DNA from: Nemertoderma westbladi
Taxonomy: Eukaryota; Animalia; Xenacoelomorpha
DNA: 64,000 bases
NCBI GenBank assembly: GCA_032718475.1
Contig: JAUCBJ010005774.1
Location: forward strand, 1-64,000
Direction: 5' to 3'
In this document: positions 12,301 through 24,300 of the stretch, one piece after another
How the letters are laid out: the number at the start of each line of letters is the position of its first letter
How positions within the stretch are numbered: the first letter of the stretch is position 1
Position numbers and translations under genes: made by a program
The notes under the pieces: generated by a model
Told to the model about the DNA's origin: nothing
Seen by the model: the letters and a program-made list of their open reading frames with translations, nothing else
Database searches by the model: none

Positions 12301-15300
12301 CAACCGTACAGGTGGACAACCTGGGAATTGCGATCGAGTAGGCGCATTTCGTTGACATTAAAAAATCGTATGAATTGCTCCAACCAGCTTTTAAATTGCG
12401 CAAGGTTGTCATCGTTCGATAGCGATTCGGGTTTGTACGAGGTGTCGATGCGTTGTCGGTTGCGATTAATGCGGTCCCGGGTGTCCCCAAATCTGGAGGT
12501 TGTATGTGGGGGTGTTGGGTCCGCATCCAGGGGGACAGCCGTGGGAGCAGGGAGTACCTGTTGTAATATATGTGCGATAGCGGCTTGCTGCTGGGCAGCC
12601 TGCTGCTGTAACAGAGCAGATAGCCATGAAGGTGGGGCTGACAGTTCCTGGTCGCCCTGGTCGTCAAGTTTGCCCTCGGTATCGGCACCGGAAGACGTGA
12701 CGAGACGCAGTAAATTACACCGCATTGCATCGGTTGACGTTTTAGAATCGATAGGAATATCGTAGTGTGCGCACATGTCTTTAAGAACTTCCCGCGAAGC
12801 TTCAGTGACCTAGTGGAGTGTTGGTGGTGCCGTGGCAGACATTATCGTTATATGCTGGAGGGACAACTCGATAATCGTTGCGTTCAGGAGTATCCTACAC
12901 ACTGCGCCATGTTATGTTCTGATAGGAATATAACGATGTGATATAACATAAGTATAATATGTAATGCAGCTTGCATGTATATATATAAAGACACCCAACA
13001 CCAAATAATACGTAGGCCTATATCAGTGTTTGGCCTACGGCCATACCCCAGGCTGTAGTCTGATAGGTCAGTATATATAGATATATAGGTCAGTAGATAG
13101 GTCAGCCCCGACAAGCCCTATAGCTTGCATATAAAAAAGTATCTCACTCCGGCTAAGCGTCGCGCCACCTAACGGCCGATCACTGCGCAATGTACAATAT
13201 AATCGAAATCTATCACTAACTGGGTATTTTGTGTGACCTGACGTTCAAGGGGGTAGGGGGGGGGGGGGGGGGGGGTATAAATTCGTGACAGATTGTGACA
13301 GACAATTCAAGGGGGTTGAAAATCGTCAAAAAACCGTGACATCTTTTGTGCACGGCCCCTAAAAGGTAATATAATAGATATTTGTAGAATTCAACTTTTA
13401 ATAGTGAATTTAATCTTTAGTTAATAATCAACAGTTTTATATTTTTGGTAGCGCCTAGTTTGGTAAATTATTTTTGATACTGTTATCCAACCAGGCCCAT
13501 TACCATGCCCATGTTTTTTTTTAACTTTTTGTGTTTTTATATGTCCGTTTTTAAAGTTTTTACCTCAGGCCGACTAATATGTACTAATACCGGTAGATCA
13601 AACTTTTGTCTATTGGATCAGTGCATAGTGCACTATATTAATTTATTATTATTAATGTTGATGTGTTGTAATATAGAAAGCCTAGCATGTTGTGGAGCAT
13701 ATCCTGATCGAACGCATCCTATTACCCACATAATAAATAATATGAAGAAATTGCTAACTCTCAGTGGGGAACCTCTCTGCACACATTAATTAAATACTGT
13801 AACGTTATATACCCGTGGTGAAACAGTGTATACCAACTGTTATTATGAACTATAAAGATAATATCTCGCCAAGCATGTGCCTCATTAATACTACACATTA
13901 CTGTAAGAAATAAATATTTGTAAAAAATAATAATTAATCAACAACCATAAGTTAATCAATTGTAAGCAGGATAATAGTATGTATACTTGGGGGTCTTACC
14001 TTACCCTGAAATCTTAATGAAAAAAACATAAAAAAAACCGCACAAATGTTGGTCTCAGACCCTGAGTGTATGATGGGACGAGTTCCCGATTATACCTTTA
14101 CACATTTTTTTGAGCGGTTTTTTGTGTTTTTTTTTTCATTAAGATTGCAGGGTAAGACCCCAAGTTTAATTTCCTATGTATTTGTATAAAATCTTGTTTG
14201 TACATTATTAGATTATGGCTCGAAATAGAACATGTAATAAAATGTGCCCCTAATTGTGGGAAAAGTTTGTCAAATCAAGATTGTCGTCAATTCTAATAAA
14301 AAATTGGAAACATTGAATTCAAGATGAAGGTCAGAGAATAAATAGCTCTGGTAAAATAAATATAATAATTGATGGACGAGGTAATTTATCCAAAAGCTTG
14401 TAGTAAAAGAGTTATAACACACCGTACATAATAAATAAATCGGATTTATATTGAAATGTTCAATAGCTGTGCGGGGCTTAGAAAACGATGGAAAAAGAGG
14501 GAAAATAATAAAGGAAAAATAAAGGAAATTAATGGAAAAAAAGGACTATAAAGAAAAAATCAGCCAAAGCATGATTGTAAAAATCCACAAGGATTGCCTT
14601 TGTTTCACTTCCATAAAAATGTAAAAAATAAAGAAACCTTTTTCAGAAAATTCAAAAATCTCACGGTCAGCCACACACAGTGCCGGCTGACCCAGCAACA
14701 TAGCGCCCCCAGATCTCGCGGTCAGCCATATACAGTGCCGGCTGACCCAGCAACATAGCGCCCCCAGATCTCGCGGTCAGCCACACACAGTGCCGGTGGA
14801 CCCAGCAACATAGCGCCCCCAGATATCGCGGTCAGCCATACACAGTGCCGGCTAACCCAGCAACATAGCGCCCCCAGATCTCGCGGTCAGCCATACACAG
14901 TGCCGGCTGACCCAGCAACATAGCGCCCCCCGCGGTCAGCCATACACAGTGCCGGCTGACCCAGCAACATAGCGCCCCCCGCGGTCAGCCATACACAGTG
15001 CCGGCTGACCCAGCAACATAGCGCCCCCAGATCTCGCGGTCAGCCATATACAGTGCCGGCTGACCCAGCAACATAGCGCCCCCAGATCTCGCGGTCAGCC
15101 ACACAGTGCCGGTGGACCCAGCAACATAGCGCCCCCAGATATCGCGGTCAGCCATATACAGTGCCGGCTGACCCAGCAACATAGCGCCCCCAGATCTCGC
15201 GGTCAGCCACACACAGTGCCGGTGGACCCAGCAACATAGCGCCCCCAGATCTCGCGGTCAGCCATACACAGTGCCGGCTGACCCAGCAACATAGCGCCCC

Positions 15301-18300
15301 CCGCGGTCAGCCATACACAGTGCCGGCTGACCCAGCAACATAGCGCCCCCAGATCTCGCGGTCTGCCACACACAGTGCCGGTGGACCCAGCAACATAGCG
15401 CCCCCAGATCTCGCGGTCAGCCATACACAGTGCCGGCTGACCCAGCAACATAGCGCCCCCCGCGGTCAGCCACACACAGTGCCGGTGGACCCAGCAACAT
15501 AGCGCCCCCAGATCTCGCGGTCAGCCATACACAGTGCCGGCTGACCCAGCAACATAGCGCCCCCCGCGGTCAGCCATACACAGTGCCGGTGGACCCAGCA
15601 ACATAGCGCCCCCAGATCTCGCGGTCAGCCATACACAGGGCCGGCTGACCCAGCAACAAAGCGCCCCCAGATCTCGCGGTCAGCCATACACAGTGCCGGC
15701 GGACCCAGCAACATAGCGCCCCCAGATCTCGCGGTCAGCCATACACAGTGCCGGCTGACCCAGCAACATAGCGCCCCCAGATCTCGCGGTCAGCCATAGA
15801 CAGTGCCGGCTGACCCATCAACATAGCGCCCCCAGATCTCGCGGTCAGCCATACACAGTGCCGGCTGACCCAGCAACATAGCGCCCCCAGATCTCACGGT
15901 CAGCCATACACAGTGCCGGTTGACCCAGCAACATAGCGCCCCCAGATCTCGCGGTCAGCCATACACAGTGCCGGCTGACCCATCAACATAGCGCCCCCAG
16001 ATCTCGCGGTCAGCCATACACAGTGCCGGCTGACCCAGCAACATAGCGCCCCCAGATCTCACGGTCAGCCATACACAGTGCCGGCTGACCCAGCAACATA
16101 GCGCCCCCAGGTCTCGCGGTGAGCCATACACAGTGCCGGCTGACCCAGTAACACAGCGCCCCCAGATCTCACGGTCAACCATACACAGTGCCGGCTGACC
16201 CAGCAACACAGCGCCCCCAGATCTCACGGTCAACCATACACAGTGCCGGCTGACCCAGCAACATAGCGCCCCCAGATCTCACGGTCAACCATACACAGTG
16301 CCGGCGGACCCAGTAACTTTCTTGAGGAAAGTCATTGGCTATTCTTACCTTCAGGCTGCCACAGCACAAGGTTGTGTACATATTGACCCTGCTGACAGAA
16401 ACAGTGCCCAACAAGCTTCAGGCGGCGTATCTGCAGGGTGCTGCTGGGCTTTGGCAATGGGGTTCACCCTGTGCAGCATCCTCCAGATATATGTACCTAC
16501 CAGATACCTGGTGTCTTCAGCAATTCTTTCATAAATTCGTTTGAAATATTCAGATAGTGGTCTAGACTAGACATATTTACCAATGAAAACAGAATTGTAA
16601 AATTTCGACTTTTTTGTCAATATTAAACTTCTGCTTAAAATTTCATAAATCTGTCAAAGTTAGCCAATCCCCACAGATGCCTTTCCCCAAAGTTAGCCAA
16701 TCCCCACAGATGCCTTTCCCCAAAGTTAGCCAATCCCCACCGATGCCTTTCCCCAAAGTTAGCCAATCCCCACCGATGCCTTTCCCCAAAGTTAGCCAAT
16801 CCCCACAGATGCCTTTCCCCAAAGTTAGCCAATCCCCACCGATGCCTTTCCCCAAAGTTAGCCAATCCCCACCGATGCCTTTCCCCAAAGTTAGCCAATC
16901 CCCACCGATGCCTTTCCCCAAAGTTAGCCAATCCCCACCGATGCCTTTCCCCAAAGTTAGCCAATCCCCACCGATGCCTTTCCCCAAAGTTAGCCAATCC
17001 CCACCGATGCCTTTCCCCAAAGTTAGCCAATCCCCACCGATGCCTTTCCCCAAAGTTAGCCAATCCCCACCGATGCCTTTCCCCCCAAAGTTAGCCAATC
17101 CCCACAGATGCCTTTCCCCAAAGTTAGCCAATCCCCACAGATGCCTTTCCCCAAAGTTAGCCAATCCCCACCGATGCCTTTCCCCAAAGTTAGCCAATCC
17201 CCACAGATGCCTTTCCCCAAAGTTAGCCAATCCCCACAGATGCCTTTCCCCAAAGTTAGCCAATCCCCACCGATGCCTTTCCCCAAAGTTAGCCAATCCC
17301 CACCGATGCCTTTCCCCAAAGTTAGCCAATCCCCACAGATGCCTTTCCCCAAAGTTAGCCAATCCCCACCGATGCCTTTCCCCAAAGTTAGCCAATCCCC
17401 ACCGATGCCTTTCCCCAAAGTTAGCCAATCCCCACCGATGCCTTTCCCCAAAGTTAGCCAATCCCCACCGATGCCTTTCCCCAAAGTTAGCCAATCCCCA
17501 CCGATGCCTTTCCCCAAAGTTAGCCAATCCCCACCGATGCCTTTCCCCAAAGTTAGCCAATCCCCACCGATGCCTTTCCCCAAAGTTAGCCAATCCCCAC
17601 CGATGCCTTTCCCCAAAGTTAGCCAATCCCCACAGATGCCTTTCCCCAAAGTTAGCCAATCCCCACCGATGCCTTTCCCCAAAGTTAGCCAATCCCCACC
17701 GATGCCTTTCCCCAAATTTGAAGTTAATCGGACTTAAATTATAGAAGCCTCAGCATTTAGACTGAAAATTAGAGACACTTTTATAAAAAATCATCATAAA
17801 AAATATGTACATAGTTTCAGTGTCTAGGATCTAAACTCCAAGATTTTGGGGGTCTCGAAAAGCAGACCCCCGCCACCCCTTTAAGGCCATTAGGGTGGGG
17901 GGGGGGGGGAGGGGGGGATCCTCAATAAAATATAATAGAGACAATAAATATATTATGTAATTTCATATTTTTAAGTAGAAAAATTGCTATAATTTATTCA
18001 TTTAATATTTAACTTTAATTTAATTGGAAAGTACACTAAAAACAATATTGGGTCATGAACATCGCTCTTGCTACACCAGTTATATTGGTGGCCATTCTCC
18101 TTGTGAAGAAAGAAATCCTCCACGCCTCAGCAGTATCCTGTATGCACTTGCGAACTCATGTAAAGTCCAACAGCTCGCATCCCGAAATACAGGTATTTGC
18201 CAACGCGTGGTACCTGCAACTACCAGGAACCAATCAAAGCGATTGCATTACCTGTCGTGTGTTCAATGGTCAATTCATGAGCCACTTGAAAACAAACAAC

Positions 18301-21300
18301 GACGTGAAGATGTTAGCTTATAGCCGAGTGGAATTCTGTGAGAATGTCAGTTCCTGTGTCGATCTCACAGACGAGGACCAGTGCAAGGAGTTTTGGGAGG
18401 GGGCGGGGGCGGAAAGAATACCACCAGCTCAACACGATTTGATTGACATCTTGGAATCGAGTTGCCAAGCGGTCTGTTGCGAAGGATCATACGAATGTGA
18501 TAAAGTTGCCAAACCGGTCTGGGAGAACGAGTACAAGAAAGCCGATGGTACTATCGACTGGGAAAATGAGGTGTACTTGGACCAGCCGAAAACCTCAACC
18601 GGGTTGGCTCATTCAATACCGACAACAACGAAAGTTAGGCAGGAGAGTTCGGTGGCCGGAAGTTCGGCAGACATAACAGTTATTACTGTGGTAAACATGG
18701 TGTTATTACTGTGGTAAACATGTTGTTATTACTGTGGTAAACATGGTGTTATTACTGTGGTAAACATGGTGTTATTAGTTATTACTGCGATAAACATGGT
18801 GTTATTACTGCGGTAAACATGGTGTTATTACTGCGGTAAACATGGTGTTATTATTGTCGTAAACATGGTGTTATTACTGCGGTAAACATGGTGTTATTAC
18901 TGAGGTAAACATGGTGTTATTACTGTGGTAAACATGGTGTTATTACTGAGGTAAACATGGTGTTATTATTGTCGTAAACATGGTGTTATTACTGCGGTAA
19001 ACATGGTGTTATTATTGTCGTAAACATGGTGTTATTACTGAGGTAAACATGGTGTTATTCTTATTACTGTGGTAAACATGGTGTTATTACTGTGGTAAAC
19101 ATGGTGTTATTACTGTGGTAAACATGGTGTTATTACTGAGGTAAACATGGTGTTATTTCTGTGGTAAACATGTTGTTATTACTGTGGTAAACATGGTGTT
19201 ATTACTGAGGTAAACATGGTGTTATTTCTGTGGTAAACATGTTGTTATTTCTGTGGTAAACATGTTGTTATTACTGTGGTAAACATGTTGTTATTACTGA
19301 GGAAAACATGGTGTTATTACTGCGGTAAACATGGTGTTATCACTGTCGTAAACATGGTGTTATTAGTTATTACTGCGGTAAACATGGTGTTATTACTGTG
19401 GTAAACATGGTGTTATTATTGTCGTAAACATGGTGTTATTACTGAGGTAAACATGGTGTTATTACTGTGGTAAACATGGTGTTATTACTGTGGTAAACAT
19501 GGTGTTATTCTTATTACTGCGGTAAACATGGTGTTATTACTGTGGTAAACATAGTGTTATTACTGAGGTAAACATGGTGTTATTACTGTGGTAAACATGG
19601 TGTTATTATTGTGGTAAACATGGTGTTATTCTTATTACTGTGGTAAACATGGTGTTATTCTTATTACTGTGGTAAACATGGTGTTATTACTGTGGTAAAC
19701 ATGGTGTTATTACTGAGGTAAACATGGTGTTATTACTGTGGTAAACATGGTGTTATTACTGTGGTAAACATGGTGTTATTACTGTGGTAAACATGGTGTT
19801 ATTACTGTGGTAAACATGGTGTTATTCTTATTACTGTGGTAAACATGGTGTTATTACTGTGGTAAACATGGTGTTATTACTGTGGTAAACATGGTGTTAT
19901 TATTGTCGTAAACATGGTGTTATTACTGAGGTAAACATGGTGTTATTACTGTGGTAAACATGGTGTTATTACTGTGGTAAACATGGTGTTATTCTTATTA
20001 CTGTGGTAAACATGGTGTTATTACTGTGGTAAACATGGTGTTATTACTGTGGTAAACATGGTGTTATTCTTATTACTGTGGTAAACATGGTGTTATTACT
20101 GTGGTAAACATGGTGTTATTACTGTGGTAAACATGGTGTTATTATTGTGGTAAACATGGTGTTATTCTTATTACTGTGGTAAACATGGTGTTATTACTGT
20201 GGTAAACATGGTGTTATTACTGTGGTAAACATGGTGTTATTACTGAGGTAAACATGGTGTTATTACTGTGGTAAACATAGTGTTATTACTGAGGTAAACA
20301 TGGTGTTATTACTGTGGTAAACATGGTGTTATTATTGTGGTAAACATGGTGTTATTCTTATTACTGTGGTAAACATGGTGTTATTCTTATTACTGTGGTA
20401 AACATGGTGTTATTACTGTGGTAAACATGGTGTTATTACTGAGGTAAACATGGTGTTATTACTGTGGTAAACATGGTGTTATTACTGTGGTAAACATGGT
20501 GTTATTACTGTGGTAAACATGGTGTTATTACTGTGGTAAACATGGTGTTATTCTTATTACTGTGGTAAACATGGTGTTATTACTGTGGTAAACATGGTGT
20601 TATTACTGTGGTAAACATGGTGTTATTATTGTCGTAAACATGGTGTTATTACTGAGGTAAACATGGTGTTATTACTGTGGTAAACATGGTGTTATTACTG
20701 TGGTAAACATGGTGTTATTCTTATTACTGTGGTAAACATGGTGTTATTACTGTGGTAAACATGGTGTTATTACTGTGGTAAACATGGTGTTATTCTTATT
20801 ACTGTGGTAAACATGGTGTTATTACTGTGGTAAACATGGTGTTATTACTGTGGTAAACATGGTGTTATTATTGTGGTAAACATGGTGTTATTCTTATTAC
20901 TGTGGTAAACATGGTGTTATTACTGTGGTAAACATGGTGTTATTACTGTGGTAAACATGGTGTTATTACTGAGGTAAACATGGTGTTATTACTGTGGTAA
21001 ACATGGTGTTATTATTGTGGTAAACATGGTGTTATTCTTATTACTGTGGTAAACATGGTGTTATTCTTATTACTGTGGTAAACATGGTGTTATTACTGTG
21101 GTAAACATGGTGTTATTACTGAGGTAAACATGGTGTTATTACTGTGGTAAACATGGTGTTATTACTGTGGTAAACATGGTGTTATTACTGTGGTAAACAT
21201 GGTGTTATTACTGTGGTAAACATGGTGTTATTACTGTGGTAAACATGGTGTTATTCTTATTACTGTGGTAAACATGGTGTTATTACTGTGGTAAACATGG

Positions 21301-24300
21301 TGTTATTACTGAGGTAAACATGGTGATATTACTGTGGTAAACATGGTGTTATTACTGTGGTAAACATGGTGTTATTACTGTGGTAAACATGGTGTTATTA
21401 CTGTGGTAAACATGGTGTTATTCTTATTACTGTGGTAAACATGGTGTTATTCTTATTACTGTGGTAAACATGGTGTTATTACTGTGGTAAACATGGTGTT
21501 ATTACTGTGGTAAACATGGTGTTATTACTGAGGTAAACATGGTGTTATTACTGTGGTAAACATGGTGTTATCTACATCTGACAACTACATATTTTATATA
21601 GATCTTAATTTGGGGTTGACACTTTCCGTATTTAATCTCTCTTAATCTGCATGTGTAATTTTCGGGGTGACATTTTTGTTCCCAAAGTGATACATCTCTC
21701 ACAGAATTAAATAAAAGCGAATAGCTATTACAGTAGCTCGGTCACTCTGAATGGCGGGACAGCTGAATGATTTTTTAGTTATCGTGAACAGTCGAGTGAT
21801 TGTCGTAGAGTCGAATGAATTACTATGAATGCAGTTGAAGCAACTGGGGTAACTAACAACTTAAGGGGGGGGGGGGGGGGGGTAGCGCATTTTCTGACCA
21901 AAAAGTCGAATTTTTGAAACACATCCTATCTGATGCAGAATTTCATGCTAAATCCAAATATGGAAACGAGAAACGAGAAAGAGCACATAATTTTAATTGA
22001 GAAGGTATTGTTTTATGATTATTTGACCTACTGATCAGTTTATAAGACAACTTCAATTCTCCGGAATGAAGACGGGACTCGAATAAGCGACTCTGTGGTC
22101 TTTGCGGGATTACACGGAATAGACTTATCGGTCATCGGAGATCTTCTAAATGTATAATCTCCAGTTCTAGTGGTCGTACGGAGTTATGGGCTCATTCGAA
22201 AGCTCTTTTCTTAGAGAACAAAGTTACCATTTGATTTAAGACAAAATGGTTGTAAAGCAACATAACATAAATTTGGGTAAAATATGCCTTGCAAATTTTG
22301 TTCAAGTTATGATTGCTCAGGCAGCTTTCAAGAGTTTGCCAAACCAAATGGTAACTTTGGTCTCTGAGAAAAGAGCTTTCGAATGAGCCCATAACTCCGT
22401 ACGACCATTAGAACTGGAGATTATACATTTAGAAGATCTCCGATGACCGATAAGTCTATTCCGTGTAATCCCGCAAAGAACGCAGAGTCGCTTATTCGAG
22501 TCCCGTCTTCATTCCGGAGACTTGAAGTTGTCTTATAAACTGATCAGTAGGTCCAATAATCATAAAACAATACCTTCTCAATTAAAATTTTGTGCTCTTT
22601 CTCGTGGAGATATCCAATTAGCACCACTGAGCACAGAAATTTGCAGAAATTGAATGCAAACCAAAAACTTCATCGCCTTTACCGATATCGCGATATATCG
22701 GAGCCAGTATCTTCTATCCCAGATATCTCGAAAACTAAGCAAGATATGGGAAAACGGTTTCCATATTTGGATTCAGCATGAAATTCTGACCGGTAACTGA
22801 TTTTGGGCCTAAATAGTCTAACAGCAGGGGGAACCACCTGAATGACAAGGACATCACATAACACATCACAACCAATAATTAGAAACGAGCTAACGTAGAT
22901 GACAGTCAAAAACACAACCTCCACTCATAAACATTAACCTTTTAAACCCATTAAACTTAAGTTAACCAATAACTATTTATATATACCAAAAACGGTATAT
23001 ACAGCACTGCTTCTCTGGAATAGGGCCTGGACATTGCTGCTCTATGGGCTCAAACTGCTAACCAGGTGTTCGGATTAGTAAGCGGACGCACCACCTACCT
23101 CGGTGTACATTGGCACTCGTACTGATTCCCGTTGAGGCCGCGTTCCTCGCACGTTCCCCCGTTCTTGCAGGGATTGGTTCCGCAGACCCCGGCGTCTCGG
23201 ATGGCCTCGTTGCAGTGGTGCTGCACGCCGACGCTGGCCGTCAGACCCACGGCGCCCCCGTCGCCGGGCGACCGCGGTAGACTCTCGTCCGAGTACTCAA
23301 CCTCGTCTAGACAACCCCGGAACCCGTAACGAACACTCGTACGGAACTCCTGCGGGTCTTCGGGTTGTCCTAGCAACATAGGTACAACCTTCACCTGTAG
23401 TAAGAAATTATATTCAGGATTAAAACAATAATAACTTATAACAGTGAAAAGTGATGTTCAGGAATATTCACTTTATATTATCCACGTAGAACAATGAACC
23501 CTGGAATTGTTCTAGAATCTACTATTGTTACCTTCCAGCGTTCCTAACTATAGGCCGTAACGCTACAAAGTGGTACTTTTCATCATTATGACCGCAACAA
23601 AGCGATGGAAATTTAACATTATATAACAAAAGTATTACAACAAAAATTGTTTTAGGCAGATAACTTTATCTGCCTATCTATAATGAAACGTAAGTGTTAA
23701 AAGTAGATAAAAGTAGGTAAAAACCAACAAATAATATAATATCTGGAGACCAGAAGATATTATATTACTCAGTTTGCTTTTTGGTAAGGTCTTTTTATTT
23801 TTCACTTTTCAATATTTAGGCTTCGCTATATTGTCTTTGCCGCTGTACCTCTTTAGAAAACCAACTTTTGTGGGGGAAACTTAACTATTTATTACACAAA
23901 AAAGTAATGGGTTGAATACCTCGGCGCCAACGTAGATATAAGTTTGTGTGAGATCAGTGTCCGGGACACGGCGAAGGTGGGTGCTGTCGCTGTCCGGGAC
24001 GGGAGCGTTGCTAAGGAACACCACATCCCCGCTCTGATTGGCTCGCACCATCAGCTGTATGAGGCCCTTGGCGCGGGACACCTCAACGGTATGCCATCTA
24101 GCGTCGTCTAAGCGAACATCGCCAACTCGCACAACGCAATCTCCGCTACCCGAGTTGAACCTTTCATATAAGAAAAAAGAATTATTATAGAAAATATATT
24201 TAAAAACCTAAAAGATACAAAATATACGAACATTTGTTTCATCAAACTCTCACTAAATTTATATGTTTCGCTATAAAAATTACGTAAAACGCAATGATAC

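Larger units (their letters stand above)
7974..13215 (-). mobile_element. Full-length Ty3/Gypsy LTR retrotransposon (Mag-like)
   Basis: TG..CA LTRs at 7974-8255 and 12910-13215, 5-bp TSD CTAAC, PBS, PPT, domain order gag-PR-RT-RH-IN. Confidence 0.95.

Noticed and set aside
10021-12765. Plus-strand and alternate-frame ORFs over gag-pol (similar ones overlap Fat exons, MULE and GCPII)
   Set aside because: Shadow ORFs of GC-richer coding sequence with no recognisable motifs.
14658-16315. CRISPR-like array (palindromic repeat unit)
   Set aside because: No unique spacers, no cas genes, eukaryotic context; the unit derives from a LINE.
14658-16315. Cluster of CTCF sites (GGGGGCGCTA)
   Set aside because: Only the 3' half of the motif matches and the spacing to the 5' CC is wrong.
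16614-17744. Long ORFs in several frames (PMPFPKVSQSP etc.)
   Set aside because: Artefacts of a stop-poor 33-bp unit; no unique coding flanks.
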